Source: Amoeboaphelidium protococcarum X5 (Eukaryota > Fungi > Aphelidiomycota). From it: a stretch of 64,000 nucleotides of DNA. A program made the translations under genes and the position numbers. The notes below the pieces were generated by a model. The model made no database searches. It was not told where the DNA came from and saw nothing but the letters and a program-made list of their open reading frames with translations. The stretch's first letter is position 1. Each line of letters opens with the position of its first letter. Positions 27,050-38,377 of this stretch are shown here, piece after piece. The stretch covers positions 1-64,000 of the forward strand of contig JALDTO010000215.1 in the NCBI GenBank assembly GCA_023515725.1, read 5' to 3'.

Positions 27050-28255
27050 ATGGAGCTATACAGATAGTAACAACTAATTGCCGGGATGTCGCTGAGTAGC
27101 AGCTTATCAAGAACTTATTAAGTAATGTGTCTGCGTGAAGCTTACGCTTGGAGTTAAATGAATGGTATTCGAACGGTGAACTAATGGAGCAGTAGGGAGG
27201 GAGAAACGTTGGCTGGATATCTTGGCTTGAAGATTGATGGTGGTCGTCTTCAATTGCTTAAAGACTTTGATCCAAGAATTGCTAACTAGAAAGATTGCCA
27301 GCTGCACTTCACTTACCAATGGTTTAGTTCTAAAGGCTCATTGCATTATTACTAAGTAGTCCAAGCCCAGTTGAGCGTTTTAAATGTGGTCCTCGCTCTT
27401 TCCTCCAAGGCGTTGAAGCCACTAGAATGAAGATTCAAAGGAATGTCCCTAATCACGTGCCAGAAATTGAGCTATCTGGCTACTGCATTTGCTGCATTGA
27501 TTGATACCTGGGACAGGTATACAGTGGATGCGATGGCCGGGAAAGGAGCGGGCGAAAGTCGTCGATTGACGGCGATCACTTGCGATTAACATTGGACGAG
27601 CCCAATTGGAATTTTATAAAGTGAGTTGGCGAGAGATCTCTTACGGTTGAGAATGCCGAACGCTCTCTCTGTGGAACGAACGTCTATAGGACGAGTAATA
27701 ATTGAACTATTGGGTTCGTTATAAAGCAACACATCTCGAATTTTGAGTTTACTACAGAAGTCGATGGAAAGAGCTTATTATGATACGAAAGGAGTAAAGA
27801 GTAGAATATGATCGGGCTACAAATGCTATATCAGAAATTATGGATGGTAACATTAACTATAAATGTCGCGGCAAAGTTGAATTTGGTCTTGATGATGCGT
27901 AGTTTGAGAGTAAATAGACTATTCAACAGTCTTTTGTAAGTACTTCATGGCAAACGTTAAGAGTCTATGATATCCTGTCATCTATCTAAAACGAATACTT
28001 AACCTCCGAAACTGCTCTATGCTGCGGCCGAAATGTGCGAAAGCTCTGGTTGGCGTGTAAAGTATTGTAGATACTCATAAGTTCTTTCACAGTGATATCT
28101 TGGCCGTGGAGAATTTGGTGAATGACACTAAAGCTATAGTAGCAGGGCTTCAAAGACACCCTTATCTGTGTATCAATGCTAACGGCAATATCAAGAGGGA
28201 AGGAGGATTTACGCAGCTTGGCAAGCGCGCAATTCAGTTACAGAGGATATCGTGA
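27050..28255 (+). pseudogene. Degenerate coding-like segment of unknown origin between the SP5/SP6 duplicates
   Basis: Several 70-130 codon open stretches in shifting frames, broken by TGA; higher GC than intergenic DNA; no recognised motif. Confidence 0.3.
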
Positions 28256-28855
28256 GGATTGAGTTCTTGTATAACAAAAGTGACATGTCTCCATGTGCTT
28301 GATAAACACTTTATCTGAGGACGATTTTCGTGATCCTCCTCTTTGACAATTCTACGACAAAGACAAAGCCGGTTGTGGATGTATGCTCAACACTGTAATA
28401 TTAATAAAAAGAGTAAATACAAGATAGTTTGAATGTTAAAGCGTTGTTAAATCGTCAAGTGAGTCGTGCTTGATTAGGCTGATTTATCATTGAACGCATC
28501 GCATGCACACTTATGAAGCTCTTTTGAAAATTGTCGCTGTCTTAGAGCCTTTGGATTCATCCCAAATGTATTCCCCCGTTTGAGTATGTATGTACACTAC
28601 TTTATCATAGAATGTAACGCATTTTCTATGGCTCCTAGGCATTGCTACATGCCAAGGTCCGCCTGTTACACGTGTCTCTACCCAACGCGTACTTTGGACG
28701 AATTATCAATGCGTGATGTAGCATGTAACTTTGTCAATTAGCTTTAAAAGGAGCTTTATGGTATGAAATCTTTTAATCCTCTTACTCATCAATTTTATTC
28801 AATATCTAATCTAATTGTACTATTGTTAATTCACATACCTATTCCTAATCTCGAA

Positions 28856-29275
28856 ATGAAATTGTCTGCTTATTTAATTGCATCCGTCTGTGTCCTATCA
28901 ACTTCTGTCATGTCAGCTCCTACTCTGGGTCATCTGTGGCATGGAGGCCATCTGTGGCATAAAAGTTATCTGAACATTGACATCAATGGCAAAGGCGGCG
29001 GAGGTGGAGGTGGGGGTAGTGGTGGTGGTGGATCTGGCGGTGCCTAAGCCGATGCATCAGCTCAAGCATCTGGTAGCGCGTCAGCAAATGCACAAGCCTC
29101 TGCTGGCCCTGCTCCTGCTCCTGCTGCTGAAGCAAGTAGTGGAGGAGGTGGAGGTGGATCCCTCTCTATCAGCGGTGGCGGTGGAGGTCTAGGTGGAGGT
29201 GGTGGCGGAGGATCCCTCTCTATTAGTGGTGGTGGCGGTGGTGGAGTAAGATCTAGCCCATATGGCCCACACTGA
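28856..29275 (+). CDS. Secreted Gly-rich protein SP6 (family B, recent paralog of SP5)
   Basis: Identical signal peptide MKLSAYLIASVCVLSTSVMS-APTLGHLWHGG; ends SPYGPH-TGA; flanks homologous to those of SP5. Confidence 0.85.
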
Positions 29276-30518
29276 TTGTCCTCTCGCAGCGATGAAATTA
29301 ATGAATGAAGATGATCTCGGTGATTTAATGAATGCTTTGTTGTTAATCTTGTGATATCTAGTTTCAACTCTTCATCATCTTTTTCGTATGCAGGCACTGG
29401 GAAAGTAAACGCACTTTGTAAGCAGCAATCTTTCTACTGAGAAACAACTTGCAACTTATTAAAGAACTGATATATAGTGCTCTTCGTACTTGATGGTTAC
29501 AGTTTTAACGATAGTTCCCAGAAGTTAAATAACTATCCCATTTTGACAATGAACGCACGCGTCTATGTCGTCAACATTGGCATTTGTTAGTCTTGATATT
29601 ATTTGCCCGATTAATTGAGCATTATTCTGCTATTAATATTAGATAGAAATCATTCCACTTGATATTGTATTGCTGAGTAGAATATGGTGCATTTAGTTTT
29701 CTCCATTAATACTGAAACCAAAATCGGTAAAAGCATAAATTTTGGAGGCAATTTCGCGAATTGTAAAGTATGTGATCAATAGTGAGAATATCGTGTCAGA
29801 GTCTACGCGTCCCGTAAGGACAAAATTAAAACGCGGAGAGTCTTGCCATGAGCGGTCCAATAACTCCTTACCAACGATCGGCTGGGTAGCTACCTCTGCT
29901 CCTCCCGGTGTTTATCTGCCTGCATGAGTCAATGCAGCGCCTGGCCCATTTCGGTGTCTGGTGTCGTCATCTGTGCCCTTGGTTAACCGCCTGTTTTAAT
30001 TACGGCGATCGCGTCACCGGGAGTTATCTCTAAGGTATCCTCTCATAATAAAGATTTTACTGGTTGTGAGCAAAAGGTGATTGTCAAAGTTTAAAAATGG
30101 GATTGTATCTACTAAATAACTAAGCGTATTTCTCCACTTTTGATAGTGTATACATATGTTCACAACGCCATAGTTTGAACATCAATAGATGCATTGTCGA
30201 ATTCCCTTTAGCCCCCACTTTTTACTCGTTTAATGCACCTACGTCATTTGTATCTAAATCTTTAACTAGAGTTACAACGTCATCGATCGATGATTTCGTA
30301 ATACGTGATCAATATCACTGGGTGTAGTATCGCGTACGTTTACTGATTTGTGACCACTACAGAATAGTCACTGGACGGACACAAATCAGTCAGATGTAAC
30401 AAGCTTCAGTACCCGTATAAATTGCAGGATTTTAAATAATTTTTCTTTTTCTTTTTATAATCAATTAATTTTTAAGTTAATCTAATAACTATTATCCTAT
30501 TTGTAACTGAACTGAAAA

Positions 30519-30737
30519 ATGAAATTATTATTGTTAATCTTGATTGTAGCTGTGTTGTTTCAAGTAACGCTGGCGACTCCGACCAAACTGAAGCACTTGA
30601 AAAAGGGACACGGTGGTGGCGATGGTGATAAATCTGGTGGTGGTGACTGTGGTGATAAATAAGGTGGTGGCGATGGTGACGGTCACGGCAAGTGGAAAGG
30701 CAAGCACAAGGGCAAAGGCTACAGTCACGGCAAATGA
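30519..30737 (+). CDS. Secreted Gly/Lys/His-rich peptide SP7 (72 aa)
   Basis: MKLLLLILIVAVLFQVTLA-TPTKLKHLKKGHGGGDGDKSGGGDCGDKQGGGDGDGHGKWKGKHKGKGYSHGK-TGA; one internal TAA; TATA at 30416. Confidence 0.8.
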
Positions 30738-31636
30738 ATTGCCAATTGCTGATGCTATTGCTACTTGCCATCAAGACACCAGGCTAATAGTGACATTTAA
30801 CGTAATATCTTGTATTTAATATAATGAAATTTTATTCCTTACAATTATATATTTTTATTTAACGAAGACTTACGCGTGGGCTGAGCGAAAGTCCTTGCAA
30901 TCTTGATCCACTATCACGCATCATCCATCTTCAAAATCAATGTATCTAGAACATCAACGCCGAAGCTGATGCTTAAATTGACTTGGTCATTCGGAGTCTG
31001 TCGTACAATCATAGATCAGGTTGCTTGAATTACACACGCGGACTGACCAGCTACAGTATACTTGTAATGTGATATCGCCTACTGCTGTAGCTGGACAGGG
31101 TTGCCCTAAAATCAAAATCCTGAGAAGTTTCACTGCTATATTGTGCAATAAAAAAATATGAAGATTCTGCTTTCAAGTATTTGATAACTGCTTCAAGTAA
31201 ACTCTGGATTGCAAGCAATGTAAAAAAACGCTGCCAATTTCGTGCCTCATTGCTTTTGCTAAAGGTAAAGTGTTACATACCAACCTCAATCAGTATATTA
31301 CGTGCAGATGGTGTATTTGACTGTGAAATTAAACGCTGGTGATGATGTACTCTAACATCGACTCTCTTAGTGCCAAGACTTTAGATATTAACTGGCTCCC
31401 AGTTACAGAATTTAATGTAACCTATGAACACAGGGCCATCTAATCAGAGCAATGCTGTAACTGCTGCTGACCCGGTCACAAACTTTAATTGGCATTGTCT
31501 GGGATGATGTAACGCGGTTAGTATTCACTTTAAAAGCGGTTATAGCGTACATTCTCTCTATTCCTCCACTACAATCAACTAATAATTAATACTCTAATAG
31601 TCTCAATAATCTATCTTAACTAATACCTATTACAAC

Positions 31637-32059
31637 ATGAGAACTACTATCTATATCATTGCTGCTCTTTCTCTGATCTCTAGCTCCTTGGCTGTTCCAA
31701 CTTTTGGTCATGGCAAAATCGATATTGCAGGTAAATTGTCCCTGAAATTGTGTAAGCTCGGACTTGGTCATTGTCCAGATGACGGAGGCTGCTCTACTGG
31801 TTCATGCGGTGCTAGTGCTAGTGCAAACGCGAATGCCAATGCCAATGCAAATGCTAATGCTGGTGGCAGTCCTTATGGAGCGCCTGGTGCAAACGCGATG
31901 GCAAGCGCTAATGCAGGTGCAAGTGCTGGATCTGGTGCTGGTGGCTGTGGCAGTAGTGCATGTCAGCCATCTCCTGCTCCTTCTCCACCATCTCCTGCTC
32001 CTTCTCCGCCATCTCCTGCTCCTGCTCCATCACGTCCATCACCTTACCAGTCCATGTGA
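31637..32059 (+). CDS. Secreted Cys/Ala/Pro-rich protein SP8 (family C)
   Basis: Signal peptide, CKLGLGHCPDDGGCSTGSCG, (AN)n, SPAPSPP repeats, SPYQSM end. Confidence 0.85.
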   Translation: MRTTIYIIAALSLISSSLAVPTFGHGKIDIAGKLSLKLCKLGLGHCPDDGGCSTGSCGASASANANANANANANAGGSPYGAPGANAMASANAGASAGSGAGGCGSSACQPSPAPSPPSPAPSPPSPAPAPSRPSPYQSM

Positions 32060-32200
32060 GCGTGTTGAATGATATCGTATCTAAAATATAACTAATATTA
32101 TTGCAACTAATCTATTCACTTGCCTTGTTTGAGTTTCATCGTGCATCACAAGCTCTAACGCCTGAATTTAAAAATATTAAAATTTTATATAGTCAACAAA

Positions 32201-32779
32201 TCACGCCAGCTACTCATCTTTAACACGTTTGTGTTTATGCTTGTGCTTAACCTTCTTCGGTTTGACAGTGGCTTCAGTCTTGATGGTACCAACGATTGAC
32301 AAGTTACCAGATGATGCTTTTACATTAGTGATACTGAAGCTTAGAAGAGTTCCAACTTATATTTGAACTTCATTATCTTCATCAGACACCCAGCATGACG
32401 CGTCAGCATCCCATCGATATCGATCAATCTACCTTGCTGGTATCACAGCATTTACCATGCCCATGACAGTGAGCGCGATGTAATCTTAAGACTGCTTCTT
32501 CACCTTAGCCTGTACCATATCACCGGACTGTGGGGAGAATGAGAGCACTCGGCAGTAGAACGATAATTACATGAATGGACAATCTTTCAAAATACGAGCC
32601 TTGTTGGATGCTAATTTGATATCACTGTAAGCCAAGATGATACCATTAACGCGCTCGTCATACTTTAGAATCATCGTGTTCAGTTTCTTCTGTATACTTC
32701 CTAATATATCCCTACTACAACTTGGAGCCAAATGCATATCGAAATGCACAACACTCTCTGTAAGCCCGTTATTGAGCAT
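32201..32779 (-). CDS. RPA43: RNA polymerase I subunit RPA43
   Basis: MHLAP...KLNTMILKYDERVNGIILAYSDIK...CPF...FSPQSGDMVQAKVKKQSQDYIALTVMGMVNAVIP; Lys-rich tail; TGA. Confidence 0.85.
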
Positions 32780-33762
32780 ATCGGACAATTTTTCAGATTT
32801 TCAATTTTTGTTTGAAGTGATAAATTCGCCGTTAAAGATTGGCGATTGGATCCAATGGAATGTGTTATGATCATTCGGCGCCGCCTGTCTGTCTTAATAA
32901 TGTAGTCGCGATGCCGTGATAGAAGTACTTCAATATTTAGATGACAGCATGTTTATTTGGGAGTAATTTAAATATTCTGATATCCTGTCGCCGCTGTAAA
33001 CCGTAAATGAGAATTTCGGCCACAGCGATGTTGGCGCCCGTAATAATTGAATTAATTTAAAGCCTGTTCAAAGATGGTTATATCTATTTTTTAAATTTGG
33101 CACTGGACGCTGTATTGCGTTGACCTCTATGAACGGCCAGTTTGTCTTATTGTCAGTCTCAAAAGTCTTTCCCTAATTAACTGTAACTGCAATAGAAAAA
33201 TTATAGGGCCGATCAAGTCCAGCAGAGCACCCTTTACAAGTCGTAATCACGCTGACATAACTGCTATAGTATGAATCTGAGCACCGCTCGTTAAATTGTA
33301 CGCTGGTAATGCATGGTCAACATCTGCCTTTCCTCAATGTAAAATGATACTAATGTGACCATCAAGACTCAATGTTACGCGTTGACGAAGTAGTTGGCCT
33401 AATCATCCAACGCTAATGTACCATTGTCAGTATTAATGCCATTAGCGGATATACATATGTAAACTATTGTAATTCTAATACCTCCATGCAGCTCACGCGT
33501 AAAGTCTTCGTTTAATTGCTATTTTGACTAAATCACTTGTATTCCTTGTGTCGCTTTGTGACCAGCGAATGGTCTAGTCAAATCCATGCCGAGCGAATGC
33601 TGACCCCGGTCACAAACTATGATTGGTATATTAATAAAAATGTAACGCTGACTAAACACCTTTAAAAGCTGGTACAGCCTTCTGATTACTTCTTCCTTTT
33701 ATCAATTAGTCTAATTACCAGTAATAATTAATCATCTGCATTCTAATCATAATTTTTTAAAC

Positions 33763-34323
33763 ATGAGATCCACTATCTATATTATCGCTGCTCTGTATCT
33801 GATTTCAAGCTCTCTTGCGGTTCCTACACTTGGTCATCATGACAAAGGCCACCATAAGGACCTTAAGGCTATGAAGATGTGCAAGCTTGGACTTGGACCT
33901 TGTCCAGGTGACGGTGGTTGCTCTACTGGCTCGTGTGGTCCAGCGCCAGCTCCTGGCCCAATGCCTGGTCCAAAGCCCGAACCAATGCCTGGCCCAATGC
34001 CTGTTCCTATGCCTGGTCCTGGTCCTGCTCCTGGTCCAATGCCTAATCCTGCTCCTGGTCCTGCTCCTGGTCCAATGCCTAATCCTGCTCCTGGTCCTGC
34101 TCCTGGTCCAATGCCGGGTCCTATGCCAGATCCTATGCCGGGTCCAATGCCAGGTCCTGCTCCTGGTCCGGCTCCTGGTCCTATGCCTAAACCGGCTCCT
34201 GGTCCAGAGTGTGATGATAAAAAAGGTGGCAAGAGCCCATATGAACCGCCAAAGTAAAAGCCGCAACCAGCTGGTGGATGTGGTGCTGGTCCTTGCCCAC
34301 CATCTCCGTACAAGTCAGGGTGA
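33763..34323 (+). CDS. Secreted Pro/Gly/Met-rich protein SP9 (family C, paralog of SP8)
   Basis: Same signal peptide type and CKLGLGPCPGDGGCSTGSCG head; (PAPG/PMPG)n repeats; SPYEPP and terminal SPYKSG-TGA. Confidence 0.85.
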
Positions 34324-34509
34324 GTGTGTTTATTGATAAGCAACTTGAATTATATTTGTCATGATATTTCATTAAGTCTAAGCATTCTTCTCATTACTTC
34401 ATTACTTCAGTCACACAATTGCAATTTAATGCACGACTTCAGGGCGTGACACACGTGTAACATTTAATGCGCAAAAACCGTCTTCACTAAAATCATACTC
34501 TGGCCTTGA

Positions 34510-34840
34510 AGAAGCTTACCAAAGTTTCCTCCTAAATTGCAATTGACGCTTCACCAGTAATTCCTCAACATAACGCGTAGATCTTCCGTGAATATTAATC
34601 ATATATTGTACAGATGCCATAACGTTGCTCATACCCTTGGCCGTGAGCGCGATGTTGTCTCAATGTTGTCTCAAGACGAATCCTTCACCTTAGCCTGCAC
34701 CAACTTGAGGGCAGAATGCGACACACAGAGCAATAGAATGATAAAAGTATGAATGGACAGTTTTATTAATACACGCCTTGTTGGATGCTAATGTGATATC
34801 TTAAGTCAAACTGATGCAGTTAACACCCTCTTCATACTGG
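34510..34840 (-). pseudogene. Decayed duplicate fragment of RPA43
   Basis: cttcaccttagcctgcacca, atgaatggaca and gccttgttggatgctaatgtgatatc match 32498-32622, with deletions and a small internal duplication. Confidence 0.75.
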
Positions 34841-35184
34841 TGAAAGCATAATTATCGCTGGTTTTCAAAACTTTACCGCGTAACATTATAGCTGCCAAGA
34901 TGCTCTTAGAGCTGGGTCAAAAACGGTGGTCCTCACAATTAGATGGCGTATTCAGTTCTTAATGTCTTTCTATCCTTTTTGTTTATATCCTCTAATTTCT
35001 ATAGTGCTAATGACTAGTGGAATTCCATGGTCATTTAGATTCAGGCAACCGTGAGCTAAAAATATCTCGGGATATCAACCGTTTCCACTTTAGTTAAATG
35101 ACCACCTTTCATCTTGTATTTAATTCCTCATTATTAGTATTCATATCGAGCTGAACTTGATATTAAAGTCGAGCCTGAACATTT

Positions 35185-36471
35185 ATGCATTCCTCGTCCC
35201 TGTTAGCTATTGTTGCTGTGATTAGCGGCTAAGCGCTCGCTGCAAACGTTGTGATCTCCAACACTGCAGTTGGTAAGTTTGCCTATATTCAGAATTTCTT
35301 TGGTCCTGGTAGCTGTTCTGGTCAACCGGACTCTATTATCGCTTATGCCAATTATGATTATGCATGTCCGGCTGATGTTTGTAATGCATTGACAGCCACC
35401 CTTGGTAATCGTGCTTCTGTTAATTTCACGCAAGTGTCCAAATGTGCATCAAATGGCAAGATGTTTGACACTTCTGGATACACCGAGTAGTATGCTGTTA
35501 CATCCACTTTTGCAAGTACAGATTGCAGTGGTGATGCTTATCAGCTGAGCGCTTCAAAGGCTAATACTTGCATTCCAGTGACTGGACAACCGCTGCCTTA
35601 CGTCTATCATTCCTGTAACTCGACCGCGTATGATTTTAAGACATGCCATGACAGTGCTTGTACCAACTGCACTGCCGCATAAACCTTTACGCACAAGTGT
35701 CAGCAACTAGCTACTAGCTCATTTGCCACAGTATGTCTTGGTCCCAGTAACGGATTCAGTGCCTCTGTTCCATTGGTCCCTGCACCAGTATTCAATCCGA
35801 TTACTGATACTGCTAATAAGACCAATATCAAGAGTGCTTCGCCTGACATTTCTTACTTCTTTACTGTGCCGTAGACATTGAGCAGGAACTTTGTTGCTTA
35901 GAATGGATTTTTGACCAGCAATTGCTCAGATACGTAGCCCGATTTTGTTCTGTCTACCCCTACCAACGGTACCTGTGGAACTGTGAACGCTTAATGCTCA
36001 TCTCTGAATGTGACGAGTAACTCCACCGCCCTAGCGTATAGAAGCGCATCCTCCCAGTGCTCTACTAAGAAGGTGTTTAACGTCACTGGATGGTCTGACC
36101 GTGTTGCAGCCACTTTTATTTATGAAAAGTCTACCAAGTGCCAGGGTGATCCAGACTATGTGACTGTTGTGAAAGCCGGTGTCTGTCTGCCTGCTCCGTC
36201 TGGTATTTATAGTTATCAGAAGTATGACTGTAAATACTCGCAACTGGTATTAGCGCAATGCTTTGATAACATGTGCCGCAATTGCTCTGCCACTAGTTAC
36301 TCTAACGGAAGATGTCTGGCAGCAGGTGCTAGCGGATCTATCGGAGCTGTATGCTTGGATCAGAGCTCACAGTACAGATCTCCATATTATGGTACTTCTG
36401 ATGGTGTGCGCGTAAAGCTGGTGTCTGCGTACACGTTTGTGGCCATGCTCTTGTTCGTTTTGATCAACTGA
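35185..36471 (+). CDS. Secreted Cys-rich protein with internal domain duplication, likely GPI-anchored (family D, 428 aa)
   Basis: Signal peptide; repeated CSG(Q/D)P..., KAxxC.P, C.D..C.NC motifs; many NxS/T sites; hydrophobic C-terminus AYTFVAMLLFVLIN. Confidence 0.82.
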
Positions 36472-36787
36472 GACTGTTTACATGTGATGAAGAGGTATAT
36501 GAATGAATGATTGAATGAATGAATGAATAGTGTACAGAAAATTTCTAAATGTCGCATTACTCGTAGACGATCATTGTTTTAATCATCCCATTAAGGTACT
36601 ATCAGATCTCACCGAGCAATTTAAAAATAGAATATTCGAATTCCTATTGTATCCACGATGGTAACAGATTTCTTGTGATAGAGTTTTATTTTACTGTAGT
36701 GCTTCAACCTCTTAAGACCCTTTTACCTTCTGTAAAAGGCACTACACCTACAGGATTAGCTTAATAATTATAAAGCAATTTTGTAAA

Positions 36788-38068
36788 ATGTTTATCTGTG
36801 ACACGGTTGTGATAGCTATAATGTTTGGTGTCTAAGTTTCATCTGCTAACGTGACTTTGTCCGCCTCAGCATTAGGCAAGTTTTCTGGTATACTAACATA
36901 TTATGACTCAGATAAATGCTCTGGTTAGCCGTCTTAAATTCTCGGATATTCCATCAATATGAACGACAGCTGCCCGAGCAACACCTGCTTGACTGGCGCT
37001 TCTAACCTGACTAACAAAGCACCTGTTGATTACACTTTGGTGACCAGATGTGCACCTGCTGGTAAAGTCTTTGACACCGATAACTTCACTCAACCATTGG
37101 CCATGACAAACTCCTATGACAGCCCGGATTGCTCGGGCGATCCATATCTTGTGGTCGCGTAGAAGGCCAACACTTGTGTCCCTATGCTTGGAAACGACAT
37201 TCCGTATTCTTAATACTCGTGCGATGATGATTCTTATCAGTACAAGGCATGCTATGATAGTGCATGTACCAATTGTACTGCGCCGACAAACGTGGTGTAG
37301 CAATGCATTTCACTAGGTTCTAGCTCTTTAGGCACTGTGTGTTTGAACTCTGGCAGCAACTTTACCGCTTCAGTCCCGTATCTATCTTTCCCGCTACTAG
37401 ATCTAGATAAGTATATAAGACCTAGCATCGCTTATATTCTTGCGGTACCTAACACTGTCTCCGGTACATACAAATAAAGTAATGAGTATTTGAGTGGCAA
37501 CTGCTCAAGTGCGTAGCCTGATTTAGTCGTGACTTCAAAGGTAAAAAACGCTTCTGCTTGCGTAATCAACGGTGACTATCAGTGTAAATAGTTGAATAAA
37601 ACCAGCCTTAACACTTTGGTTAGTTATAACAGTAAGTCCGAGTAGTGTGTGAGCTAATAGGTGATGAATGTAACTGGCTGGACTGAGCGCGTCGTGGTTA
37701 TTTACAAGTTCGATGCGTCTTACAAGTGCTAAGGTGATCCTGATCAAGCGACAATTGTCAAGGCTGGGCTCTGCTTACCAATGGTATCTGGTCTATACAC
37801 CCACTAGAAATACGAGTGTGGCCAAACCAATGGTCTCACCTTGTCCAAGTGTTTCGATAGTCAGTGTAGTAATTGCAGCGTGTCTCCTATGGGCAATTAA
37901 AATTGTGAGCCTTAAGGTTAAGTTGCATCAGTGGGAACTGTGTGTCTAGACAGTTCTTCGCAGTACAAAGCTCCATTCGTTCCAAAATCTGGCGCTACAC
38001 TGGTTCAAGCCACTTTAGTATCCACGTATTCTGCTGTGGCTTTGACCATTATGATGGTTTTGATGTGA
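36788..38068 (+). CDS. Tandem paralog of the family D Cys-rich putative GPI protein (426 aa)
   Basis: Colinear Cys pattern with 35185; CSGDPYLVVAQKANTCVP, NVTGWTERV, CQGDPD; hydrophobic C-terminus; TGA 38066-38068. Confidence 0.82.
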
Positions 38069-38377
38069 GTTAAGCTAATTCTGAACATGTAGTGAAGATT
38101 TAAAGTAGATGTACTAGTTGTTTATATGGTTTTCATTAAGCGATTTAAGCCTCTCATTACAATCATTGATTACTAGACATACACCGGGCAAATTTCACTT
38201 TTATATAGCGATTGACTTCACCATGAACAGTCGCTTGCATTGTGCGCCATTTAAGTTTTGATCGTGATCAAAATCTATTTTCTCTTTTTCTCTCCATTGT
38301 TTCAACAAGCTTTCGGTAACAATAGTCCCTAAAAGTCTTTATCAACTACAATTAGACATAAACTACCATTATAAATT

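Noticed and set aside
33805-34343. Antisense RTRS/GPG repeat ORFs (similar ones at 25278-25592 and 29062-29397)
   Set aside because: Antisense shadows of low-complexity secreted genes; the signal peptides and promoters are on the plus strand
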